From Chloroflexota bacterium (GTDB taxonomy: Bacteria > Chloroflexota > UBA11872 > VXOZ01): a stretch of 64,000 nt of DNA. Positions within the stretch are counted from its first letter, which is position 1. Each line of letters opens with the position of its first letter. Shown piece by piece: positions 33,200 through 42,365 of this stretch. The stretch spans positions 1,101,929-1,165,928 of the forward strand of contig OZ244775.1 in assembly GCA_965219505.1 (NCBI GenBank), in the 5' to 3' direction. The notes under the pieces are model-generated. The model was not told the DNA's origin. It did no database searches and saw only the letters and a program-made list of their open reading frames with translations. Position numbers and translations under genes: made by a program.

Positions 33200-34300
33200 A
33201 CCACTACCTAAGAACTCTCTGAACAAGTCCCTGGCATAGTATCATAGCAAGAAAGCAGCCTATGGTGAGGAGCTGGGTAATGGAGCAGCCGACGTTTGCC
33301 GACCTGGAGTACGCGCAGAAGAAGCGCAAGACGCGGCGGGAGAAGTTCTTGGAGCGGATGGACGCGCTGCTCCCGTGGGCGGAGTTGGAGGCGCGCATTG
33401 CGCCGTACTATCCCAAGGCGGGACGCGGACGGCGGCCGTATCCTTTGTCGGTAATGCTGCGGATCCACTGTGTGCAGGCTTTCTACAATCTGAGTGATCC
33501 TGGGATGGAGGACATGCTGTACGAGGTGGAACCGGTGCGGCGGTTCGTGGGGCTGCGGCTGTCAGAGGCGCTGCCGGACGAGACGACGATCCTGCACTTT
33601 CGGCATTTGCTGGAGAAGCATCGGTTGGGAGAGGGGTTGTTGGCGGAGATCAACGCGCATCTGGCGAGGCGGGGCTTGCGGCTGCGAGCGGGGACGGTAG
33701 TGGACGCGACCATCATCGCGGCGCCGACATCGACGAAGAACCGATCAGGATAGCGAGACCCGGAGATGCGGCAGGTGAAGAAGGGGAACCAGTATTACTT
33801 TGGGATGAAGCTGCACATCGGCGTCGACGCGCAGACGGGGCTCGTGCACAGCTTCACCACCACATCGGCCAACGTGCACGACGTAACGCAAGCGGCGGCG
33901 TTGCTGCACGGCGCAGAGCAGCAGGTGTGGGGAGACGCCGGGTACGTGGGGGTGCAGAAGCGGCCGGAGCATCAGGGACGCGCCGTGACCTGGAAGGTGG
34001 CGCTGAAGCCGGGGCAGCGACGGCAGTTGGCGTCAGAGAGCGCGGCGGCGCTGGCCGAGCAGCGCAAAGCGTCGGTCAGGGCCAAGGTAGAGCATCCGTT
34101 CCTGTGGGTGAAGCGGCGCTTTGGCTACGCCACGGTGCGCTATCGGGGCTTGCACAAGAACACGCAACGGCTGGCGTTGCTGCTGGGACTGACCAACCTG
34201 GTGACGGCCGCACGCCAGTTGGCAACATGACACGGGAGCAGTGCGCCCAAAACACGGCTGGGAGCGGAAACACTCCCCACAGCGCCAAAACATGGGCAAA
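33200..34300. mobile_element. IS5-family element (ends approximate)
   Basis: Encodes an IS5-type transposase; a low-complexity CA-rich tail follows at 34300-34380. Confidence 0.6.
33262..34230 (+). pseudogene. IS5-family DDE transposase interrupted by one in-frame TAG (33751-33753)
   Basis: ORFs 33262-33753 and 33766-34230 are in the same frame. ...[42 protein letters not shown]... follows the E. coli IS5 pattern ...[40 protein letters not shown]... The TAG occupies a codon position, apparently a Q (CAG) equivalent. Confidence 0.8.
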
Positions 34301-34561
34301 ACAACCCCACCTAAATGCCAAACACACACCCCAAACCACCTCGCAATCCCGCACACACCAATAACCCTAGCTCACGCCGAGTTGTTCAGACCTTTCCTAA
34401 CTCCATCCTTCTACGATGTACATTCGTTACTCTGGCAACGGATAGGTCCACTACCCGTCGGTCACAGGGTACCCTGGCGTAGAAGGCCAACGATGTGATG
34501 GTTGCGAATGCTTCCTCAACTAGACACTAAGGTCTGCAAAGCCTTCCCCTCCGCATGGCCA

Positions 34562-35201
34562 CTAAGTTCGCTGCCGATGCGGAGTCAGGGCGGCTGCCAG
34601 ACCGGCAAAGACCGAGCCGGTCAGTCCCAATGTCATGTCTCCCAGCGTGTCGACGTAGGCCGTATCAAGCGAGGAGAGGGGGGCGTAGGCCGTCTCAAGT
34701 TCCGAGGAGAAGCGAATGAATGCGAAGTATGCTGAGAGCTCCCACAGGATTGCGGTTACCGCGCCGAATCCCACAACGTACGCCAGGGTCTGCCAAGGGC
34801 GGACCTTGCTTCTCCACGCCAACGCGCCGACAGCTCCGGAGAGCAGCGCCCAGTTTACGAAGTGGTTCACGTCATCCCACCATACGATTGTGTCGTAGAA
34901 CTCCAGGGCATTGCCTGGCAGTGTCGATGAGGAAAGGCAGCGTGAGCAGGATGTCCGCGGCGTACGGGTACACTGTATCTCGCGCGCGAATTGCCCAAAT
35001 CACAGGGACCACAAAGGCGGCAATTGGATAGGTGGCCAGGCGCCAAATGAAAGCCTTGCCTTCGAATTGCTGCAGTCCTGAGAAGGCGCCGAACGCCAGG
35101 AGGCAGATCAATAGGGTCTTTATGGCTAAACTTACCCAGAAAGCCGTCGGTTGGCCTTGCAGGCCTGAGACTAGCCGGAATCCCATAGCTGGCATTTCCA
35201 A
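34562..35201 (-). pseudogene. Polytopic membrane protein split by a frameshift at ~34870
   Basis: Two abutting - strand ORFs (34872-35201 and 34562-34870) in different frames. Both are hydrophobic, TM-rich and Trp-rich, consistent with one gene. Confidence 0.4.
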
Positions 35202-35252
35202 TGTTTCAGTGAAGTTCGTACTACAAGCCTCCGGGTCTGAGGTGCGAGTGGG

Positions 35253-35325
35253 TGGAGATGAGGAGACTCGAACTCCTGCCCCCCTCCTTGCAAAGGAGGT
35301 GCTCTCCCAACTGAGCTATGTCCCC
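35253..35325 (-). tRNA. tRNA-Ala(TGC)-like second copy, probably a pseudo-tRNA
   Basis: 73 nt identical to the 44795-44870 tRNA-Ala over the D-arm, anticodon arm and T-arm. The 5' acceptor strand is GGGGACA against 3' CATCTCC, so the two basal pairs are mismatched (C6-A67, A7-C66). The genomic 3' end is CCC rather than CCA. Confidence 0.5.
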
Positions 35326-35603
35326 GTGCGGCGGCTAGAATAACAGGGCAATGGTTACTGAATGCCGGCGCTGCTTTTGGTGGTGGGCCACTGGGAAATT
35401 GGGTCGGCGATGCATGAAACAATGCAATACCAGAAAGGGAAGAATAGAAGGCGGGGTATACCGAACGAGTATATGTCATTGCTCCGCTCCGATAGGTAGT
35501 TCAAGGAACTATGGGTCACGGTGTGGGTGGTCGTTACCAAGGCCGCTATAGGGCACCGAGGAAGGGACCCTCTGTGAGTCGATGGCAAACATGACGGGAA
35601 AGT

Positions 35604-36715
35604 TTACGCCCAAACGTTGCGGGCGGTCTCGGCGACGATGCGGAGTTTTGCGTATTGCTGCTCGACCGAGAGAGGATTGCCGACGATGGATGAGCCGAAC
35701 CCGCACTGAGGACTGATGGCGAGTTGCTCGAGAGGGAAGTGGCGGGCAGCCTCGGCGATCCTAGACTCAAGCTCGGATGGGGTCTCCGCGCGAGGTGACT
35801 TGGTCGTGACCAGCCCAAGCGCCACTTGCTTGTCGTCCGGCACGCCGCGCAGAGGCTCGAACGAGCCTGAGCGTGGGTCGTCGTACTCCAGCATCAACCG
35901 CTGCGCGTTCACGCGCTCGAGAACCGGCCCAACAATCCGGTCGTAACTGCCTTCGACCAGCCAACGGCCGCCTTGGTTCCCACGTCAGAGGTGGAATGCG
36001 AACACTACTTCCGAGAAACCGTCCATCACGGCGTTATCCAGCTCGACGCCCTGGGCGATCCAGTCCTCCGCAGACCAACCCTGGGCCTCGTAGAAGGCCG
36101 CCCACACCGGATCCAGCACGAGTGGGTAGTGCGGAGCGTCGAGTTGGATGTAGGTCGCCCCAAGCCTTATCAGCTCTTCGATCTCCCCACGGACTATCCG
36201 CGCGACATCGGCCAAGAACGCATCCAGCGTGGGGTAGGCTGCGGCGGACTTCACCGGTGACCAGAAGTTGGCGAACAGGCTGGGGCTCGGCAGTGTCACC
36301 TTTGCTATGCGGGTGGTGCGGCCGCGCAGGTAGGTGAACTCCTCCGCCGACAGGTGGCGCTTCCGCTGGAGGGGACCGACGACACCCAGAGTCGCAGGAC
36401 GTTCCTTGCGCAAGTCTCCTACCCGTTCGCCGCCCTGCCAATCGCCCCAGAGGAACGCGTCGATATCGAACTCGCCAAAGCCTGCGACTGCCTCGGGCAT
36501 CTGACTCTGGAACGAGAGCCTGCGCATTTCGCCATCGGTGAGGATTTCAAGTCCGGCCTCCTCCTGGGCAGCTACGGCACTATCGACAGCGGCGTCCTCG
36601 GCGCGCTTGAATTCCGAGGGCAAGATTCGCCCGGCCGCAAATTGCTCGCGCGCGGCGAGTAGCTCCGGTGGTCTAATTAGGCTCCCAACGACATCGGCAT
36701 GAGGTAGATTCAGCA
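35604..36715 (-). pseudogene. Cobalamin-independent methionine synthase (MetE) C-terminal-domain-like protein with an in-frame TGA (35985-35987) at the conserved H-x-C zinc-ligand position
   Basis: ORFs 35985-36869 and 35604-35912 are in the same frame. Read-through gives ...VVFAFHL[TGA]RGNQGGRWLVEGSYDRIVGPVLERVNAQRLMLEYDDPRSGSFEP...SPQCGFGS. MetE-family proteins have H-x-C-x-G-N here. Likely true start is MLNLPHADVVGSLIRP (~36715). Confidence 0.55.
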
Positions 36716-37015
36716 TGGCGAATAGCCCCGCATATCTTGGCGGTTTGGGACAGACAAGCCGGGCCTGCCGAGTCGGTGGATTTCCAAGACGATCTGGGCA
36801 GCGACAACGCGGCGCTCCATCCAACTCTGGGGCTCGCCTGCGGCAAGACCAACAGCAGCAACCGGGCAAGCGCTGCCACGCGAGCGTGCAATGACTGACT
36901 CCATGCGGCTCATAGCAGCCAAGGGCTTGACTTCAAGGGTGTGACGGCAACTCCGGATGCAGAATCCTGCGTCTGCCGACATGTATGAACCCCGCCGAAC
37001 CATTATTGTATCAGG

Positions 37016-37453
37016 ATGGTGGACCAGAGGAAGGCCGATAGCAGGCAGGCATCCACCCGGCCACACACAGGCGCAGACGGCAAGGTGATCGCAAGTACCG
37101 TGTTCACGTATGAGGCAAAGAGGAGTGCATTCCATGCTCTGGACGCCTCCACCGGGGATGAGCTGTGGAGCCTCGGATCTGACTGGGGCCTGTCGTCGAT
37201 CATGGTGGTTGACGGAGTGGTGTACGCCCATTCCCTGTCTGGCTATCTCCACACGCTGGAGGCCCGAACCGGGGAGCCGATCTGGAGCCTCGACATCGGC
37301 TATCAGTGGCGGCGACGACCCTTCGCCGTTTCTGAGGGTGTGGTCTACGTGGGTTTACCGGCCAGCAACCTGGACCGAGGGCCAGGGCAGGCCATCCAGC
37401 GGCGTTTACGCCTTTGCCGCCCCTGGCCGCAAGTAATTGATGTCAGGGAATAG
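37016..37453 (+). CDS. PQQ-repeat beta-propeller fragment (~3 blades), probable gene remnant
   Basis: Repeats AFHALDASTGDELWS and YLHTLEARTGEPIWS plus VVYAHS / VVYVGL strands. Too short for a full propeller. Confidence 0.35.
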   Translation: MVDQRKADSRQASTRPHTGADGKVIASTVFTYEAKRSAFHALDASTGDELWSLGSDWGLSSIMVVDGVVYAHSLSGYLHTLEARTGEPIWSLDIGYQWRRRPFAVSEGVVYVGLPASNLDRGPGQAIQRRLRLCRPWPQVIDVRE

Positions 37454-37683
37454 GAAATGAAGACCGCAATGTGTAGATAGGGCCTTGAGTTCTTCGTCTT
37501 CCAATCAACACAAAGAGTACGGTTCTCAAGGGCAATAGATTTGGATGCAACTAGGGTCCAAGCTACTTGGAAGAGTTGTCCCCCAGGATATAGTCCGCTT
37601 AACGGTTGGCAGTGGCCGGCAGGAGTGTCAATTGCAAGGATAATCCGGCAGTGTTAGAATCGATGCTCGGAAGGTAGAGCCTT

Positions 37684-38130
37684 ATGAACGCGTCTCTCAA
37701 TGGGTTCCGCATCATGGTCGTGGTCGGCGTTCTCGTGAACGCCGCATTCTGGGGGCCTGCATTGATTGCGCCTCAGATGATCAATGATACTCTCGGATTC
37801 GACCCCGGTTACCACACCGTTTGGCTGCGGAACGTTGGGATGCTACTGCTGATTGTGTCCATCACCAATGTCGCCGCCGCGCTTGACCCATATCGCTACC
37901 GATTGTTCGCGTGGCTTGTGGTCGTAGGGCGACTCATCGCGGCGTCGTTCTTCCTGGAGATTTGGCTGTTCGATGCTCTCGAATCGTCCGATAGGCCCAA
38001 TGCGTTCAAGTGGTTCTTCCTAACCGACGTTTCGCTTGGCGCCATCAAGGGGATCTTGCTCTATGCTGGACTGAAGCTGCGCGATGCCGAGAGTAGCCCT
38101 GATATCTCACAGAAGAACCGGATGGTGTAG
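37684..38130 (+). CDS. Small polytopic membrane protein (4 predicted TM)
   Basis: 148 aa with four hydrophobic stretches; the stop abuts the start of the OYE gene. Confidence 0.45.
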   Translation: MNASLNGFRIMVVVGVLVNAAFWGPALIAPQMINDTLGFDPGYHTVWLRNVGMLLLIVSITNVAAALDPYRYRLFAWLVVVGRLIAASFFLEIWLFDALESSDRPNAFKWFFLTDVSLGAIKGILLYAGLKLRDAESSPDISQKNRMV

Positions 38131-38134
38131 CGAA

Positions 38135-39442
38135 ATGGACGTGATCTTCGAGCCGCTCGAATTCCGAAATCTTACAGTGAAGAACCGCATCTTCCGGTCG
38201 AACATCGCGGGACGTTTTGACAATTACGATGGCTCCGGCAACCAGGCTCGCATCAATTGGGAGCTGAAGTTTGCCAAGGGCGGCGTAGGCGCAATTATCT
38301 CTTCCTTTGTTCCGGTGACGATACAGGGGCGCATAGTACCCAACTACGCGACCATTCACCGCGATGAGCACATTGCGTTCTGGCGAGAACTCGGAGAGCG
38401 GGTTCACGAGCATGACTGCAAGTTCATCTTGCAGCTTAGTCACTCCGGGCGGCAACGTGACATCCGTGGTGTCGAGTATGGCAATGGCATCAGCTCCACG
38501 GGCAAGGCTGAGCCGCTGCACGGCTTCCAGTGTGAGAGCATGACGTTGCGGGACGTTCGCGAGACCGTGGACGCCTTCGCTCAGGGGGCGAGACGCGCGC
38601 GAGAAGCCGGCCTAGACGGAGTTGAGCTTCACGGAGCCAACGGATATCTAATTACGCAGTTCCTCAGCTCGGCGATAAACGACCGCAAGGATGACTACGG
38701 CGGCTCGTTGGAGAACCGCGCGAGGTTCGTGCGAGAGATCGTTCGAGCCATCCGGTCGGAGGTAGGGGCGGATTTCCATCTTCAAATGAAGATCAGCGCG
38801 ACGGACTACAACAACGATGTGTTTCCCTGGGAACACAGGGGGACCACCATCGGCGAGTCGGTTCAGGTCTGCAAGTGGCTGGAAGAGGACGGTGTGGACG
38901 CCATTCACGTATCGGCCGGCAGCATGTTTCCCCATCCCCGCAACCCTGCTGGGGATCTGCCTATGGGTGAACTGGCGCAGAATTACGGCGTGATGTTATC
39001 CAGCGGCGTACACACTCACCGCAATCACTGGATCTTCCGCAAGTGGCCCTTCCGCAATCTCTTCCACTGGCGTTGGACACGAGCGCATCAGGGACGGATT
39101 GAGGGGATTAATCTGCCGGACTCGGCAGCCATCAAGAATGCCGTCAACCTTCCGGTCATCTGCACCGGCGGGTTTCAGACGGCATCGGTCATCCGAGAAG
39201 CCATTATGAGCGGCCAGTGCGACGCAGTAAGCATCGCCCGCCCCCTGGTGGCCAACAATGATCTGGCCAAACTGTTCGCGGCCGGCCACGATCGTGCGCT
39301 GAGGCCATGCACCTACTGTAACAAATGCCTCGTGAACACGGCAAACAATCCGCTGGGGTGTTATGAGGAGGCTCGGTTCGACTCTCGGGAGGAGATGATC
39401 CGCGAGATCATGTCGGTGTTCGAGCCTCGTCCGTTCGAGTAG
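38135..39442 (+). CDS. Old-Yellow-Enzyme family FMN ene-reductase with C-terminal 4Fe-4S motif (2,4-dienoyl-CoA reductase N-terminal-like), lacking the FAD/NAD(P) reductase domains
   Basis: TIM-barrel OYE signatures (FLQLSHSGRQ, HGANGYLITQFLS, DYGGSLENR) and CTYCNKCLVNTANNPLGC (C-x2-C-x2-C-x11-C) at the C-terminus. Start taken at ATG 38135 (MDVIFEPLEF). Confidence 0.8.
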   Translation: MDVIFEPLEFRNLTVKNRIFRSNIAGRFDNYDGSGNQARINWELKFAKGGVGAIISSFVPVTIQGRIVPNYATIHRDEHIAFWRELGERVHEHDCKFILQLSHSGRQRDIRGVEYGNGISSTGKAEPLHGFQCESMTLRDVRETVDAFAQGARRAREAGLDGVELHGANGYLITQFLSSAINDRKDDYGGSLENRARFVREIVRAIRSEVGADFHLQMKISATDYNNDVFPWEHRGTTIGESVQVCKWLEEDGVDAIHVSAGSMFPHPRNPAGDLPMGELAQNYGVMLSSGVHTHRNHWIFRKWPFRNLFHWRWTRAHQGRIEGINLPDSAAIKNAVNLPVICTGGFQTASVIREAIMSGQCDAVSIARPLVANNDLAKLFAAGHDRALRPCTYCNKCLVNTANNPLGCYEEARFDSREEMIREIMSVFEPRPFE

Positions 39443-39498
39443 CCGCTGGCAGGTGCGGTGCGAGTGCAGCCTGAGATCGACATCTTGAGGGGGCAGCT

Positions 39499-40941
39499 AT
39501 GACGAGGGGCAAGAGGATAGCACTGGCGGCAGGCATAGCCGTGGTTCTCGTCGTGCTGGGGATTGGCATTCCCACACTGGTCTGGTTTCAAAGGAGTGTG
39601 CCTGAGGTGCATGATGACCCGAGTGCTCATTTCAAGTATGGCTCTATTGGCTCGGAGGGCAGGGACGGTATTCCCTACTGGGTCTGGCTGGTCTTGCCGG
39701 AAGTGTTTCCGGAGCATCTGCCCGACGGCCCGGGAGAGGGTTATAGCAGATTTGGCTTCATCTTCGAGGCTGAGTCGCCTATGGGCCGTCCAATCGGCAC
39801 ATCCTATCGGGAAGAGCCGATACCTATGGTCGGTCTCAACTGCGCCGTGTGCCATACGGGTACCATCCGCGAGTCAGCGGAAGCCGCAGAGGAGGTCGTC
39901 TTGGGAATGCCGGCCCACCAATTCGACCTGCAGCAGTATTTGAACTTCCTCTTCGCGGTTGCCAATGACAGCCGGTTCGACGCGGATACCCTCATCCCGG
40001 CCATCGAGAGGGTGCACCCCGCTTTCTCCTGGATCGACAGCTTGTTTTACAGGCACATAGTCATTCCACGCACTAGGGATGAAATATTGAAGGCAGCCGA
40101 CCAGTTTGCCTGGATGAATGCGTTCCCTGCCGCCGGTCCGGGACGAGTGGATACGTTCAACCCGTACAAATTCAATGTACTGGGGTTGGAGGAGGAGGAC
40201 CCTCATGTCGGCACCGCCGACCTGCCGTCGCTGTGGAATCAAGCGCCGCGGGAAGGAATGTGGCTGCACTGGGACGGCAACAACGACTCGGTGGAGGAGC
40301 GGAACAGAAGCGCGGCCATCGGCGCGGGCGCATCGCCGGAATCGCTGGACGCGCCCGCCATGGAGCGGATAGCGGAGTATATAGCTGCGCTTCAGCCTCC
40401 CGCCTTTCCCGACGATAGGATAGACCGTGCCAAGGCACGGGCAGGCGAGGAAGTTTACGAACAACGCTGTGCAGTCTGCCATTCTTTCGATGGCGCAAGG
40501 GTTGGGCAAGTGGTACCTATTGAGGAAATCGGCACCGATCCGGAACGCTTGGATTCCTTCACCCCTGAGCTTGCAGATGAGATGAACACGCTGGGAGAGG
40601 GCCATCCCTGGAAATTCTCGAATTTCCAGAAAACCAGTGGATACTCAAACATGCCTCTGGATGGCATTTGGCTTCGCGCTCCCTATCTTCATAACGGATC
40701 GGTTCCCACTCTACGAGACTTGCTTGCACCACCTGAACAGCGTCCGACCGTGTTCTACCGGGGGTACGCTGTCTATGACTATGAGAACCTCGGCTTTGTG
40801 TCGAGCGGCGCGGAGGCGGAGAAGGCAGGCTTCAGGTTCGACACCGCCGAGCGTGGGAATAGCAACCAGGGGCATCTCTACGGCACGGACCTGAACGCTA
40901 GTCAAATCGAAGCCCTGCTGGAGTATCTGAAGACGCAGTAA
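39499..40941 (+). CDS. Membrane-anchored di-haem cytochrome c, peroxidase-like (CCP/MauG or DHOR family)
   Basis: N-terminal TM. Two CxxCH motifs (CAVCHTG, CAVCHSF) ~210 aa apart. C-terminal WLRAPYLHNGSVPTLRDLL resembles the CCP-family APYxHxG...TL segment. Confidence 0.6.
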   Translation: MTRGKRIALAAGIAVVLVVLGIGIPTLVWFQRSVPEVHDDPSAHFKYGSIGSEGRDGIPYWVWLVLPEVFPEHLPDGPGEGYSRFGFIFEAESPMGRPIGTSYREEPIPMVGLNCAVCHTGTIRESAEAAEEVVLGMPAHQFDLQQYLNFLFAVANDSRFDADTLIPAIERVHPAFSWIDSLFYRHIVIPRTRDEILKAADQFAWMNAFPAAGPGRVDTFNPYKFNVLGLEEEDPHVGTADLPSLWNQAPREGMWLHWDGNNDSVEERNRSAAIGAGASPESLDAPAMERIAEYIAALQPPAFPDDRIDRAKARAGEEVYEQRCAVCHSFDGARVGQVVPIEEIGTDPERLDSFTPELADEMNTLGEGHPWKFSNFQKTSGYSNMPLDGIWLRAPYLHNGSVPTLRDLLAPPEQRPTVFYRGYAVYDYENLGFVSSGAEAEKAGFRFDTAERGNSNQGHLYGTDLNASQIEALLEYLKTQ

Positions 40942-40995
40942 AGTAACGGCAGCGCGTGGGATTTCGATAACAGGACAGAAGCCGGAGGCGCACAT

Positions 40996-42312
40996 TTGAA
41001 GCAGGCTATCAAAGGCTTTCCCTCGACCGGATTCGTTGACCTTCTGCGGCTACTAGGCCAATGTGCGGGAAGCTTCGCCAAAGGGCCTCGTTCCTTCAAC
41101 TTCGATTTGACTTTCCAAGACTGGCTTGGAAGACAGGCCCGCCGTACTCGAAGCGAGAACGTTGTCCTAAACCTATACTTCAAGAAATTCCTCGTAGTCA
41201 CGGGACGCGAGTTGTCGGCGCGCATTCTGGCTCAGCCTCCCTACGTCCACGGCTACGTGGAAGGAAGGACGAAAGCCCGGGCGATGTCGTTTCTCGCTCC
41301 GCGGGCTCTGACGATAACGCATGGTGAGCAGTGGCGGCGTCTTAGGCGGTTCAACGAAGCTGCGCTCCGAGTAAGCGGGGCAGATGCGCGAACGCAGTTC
41401 ATCGTGGACGGGGTGAACAAGGCATTTCAAGCGCCGGTGTCTGACATCGATGACATCAGGGATTGCATGGCCCAAACTATGCTCATGGTGGTCTTCGGGT
41501 CTGACAGTGCCCCTGCCCACCTGGTGGAGGATGTCCAGGTTCTGTTTGAGCACGTGCAGAATCCCGGTAGAAGAATACTGTTCGGGTGGAGACAGGCAAA
41601 ACGCCGGAGGCGGTTCTATGAGGCGCTCCGCCGACTCTGGAGAGAGAGCACGGAGTCGGGCGAGCCCAGCCTGCTCTCCACGGCTAGAGGCGCGTCTTAC
41701 AATGGCAGCTTTACCGAAGAGGAACTCATACAGCAGATCCCGCACTGGATGTTTACATTCACCGGCTCCGGTACCGACCTGCTGGCGCGAACCATTGGGA
41801 TAGTGGCGTCCAGAAACGAGGTCTATGACAGGGTTCATGCCGAAGCGACGGGGCGGAATTCAACGAGTCTTGCGTCGGCAGCCATGCGAATAGAGTACCT
41901 GGAGGCCTGTCTGCTGGAAGTCTGCCGTCTGTATCCCCCGGTGACGCGCACCTTTCACGCAGCCCCTCAAGGGGACACCTTCGACGGCTTCCGAATACCG
42001 GCAGGGTTGGAGATTCTGCACTGCTTCACGGCGAACCAACGGGATGTCTCCCGCGACCCAACGGCCAACGACTTCCGGCCCGAGAGATGGATGGAACCTG
42101 GAAGCAACGCAGAGGCCATGTATCCCAGCCTCTTTCTCGGAGGCGCGAGGAACTGCCCCGGCAAGGGTCTCATTCTTCTGGTGTGTAAGGCCGCCATACT
42201 GAATTTGATTCAGTACGGTCGAATACGCTCTGAATGTCCAGCCCTATCGCAAGACCCGCTACCACGCTCGTATCCAGAGAACGGCCTCAGGTACCACGTA
42301 CAACCCTATTGA
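40996..42312 (+). CDS. Cytochrome P450 monooxygenase
   Basis: ExxR motif EVCRLYPP and haem-thiolate loop FLGGARNCPGKGL. Standard-length Cys loop, so not CYP74-type. Confidence 0.85.
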   Translation: MKQAIKGFPSTGFVDLLRLLGQCAGSFAKGPRSFNFDLTFQDWLGRQARRTRSENVVLNLYFKKFLVVTGRELSARILAQPPYVHGYVEGRTKARAMSFLAPRALTITHGEQWRRLRRFNEAALRVSGADARTQFIVDGVNKAFQAPVSDIDDIRDCMAQTMLMVVFGSDSAPAHLVEDVQVLFEHVQNPGRRILFGWRQAKRRRRFYEALRRLWRESTESGEPSLLSTARGASYNGSFTEEELIQQIPHWMFTFTGSGTDLLARTIGIVASRNEVYDRVHAEATGRNSTSLASAAMRIEYLEACLLEVCRLYPPVTRTFHAAPQGDTFDGFRIPAGLEILHCFTANQRDVSRDPTANDFRPERWMEPGSNAEAMYPSLFLGGARNCPGKGLILLVCKAAILNLIQYGRIRSECPALSQDPLPRSYPENGLRYHVQPY

Positions 42313-42365
42313 GCCTCCGAATCTGTGCCCACGGGCGCATTGGTTCACCACATAGGAGGAGGACA

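Noticed and set aside
35900-35985. Bacterial SECIS hairpin downstream of the in-frame TGA
   Set aside because: Only a weak 4-bp CCAA/TTGG pairing around GGCGGCCG was seen; not enough to call a SECIS
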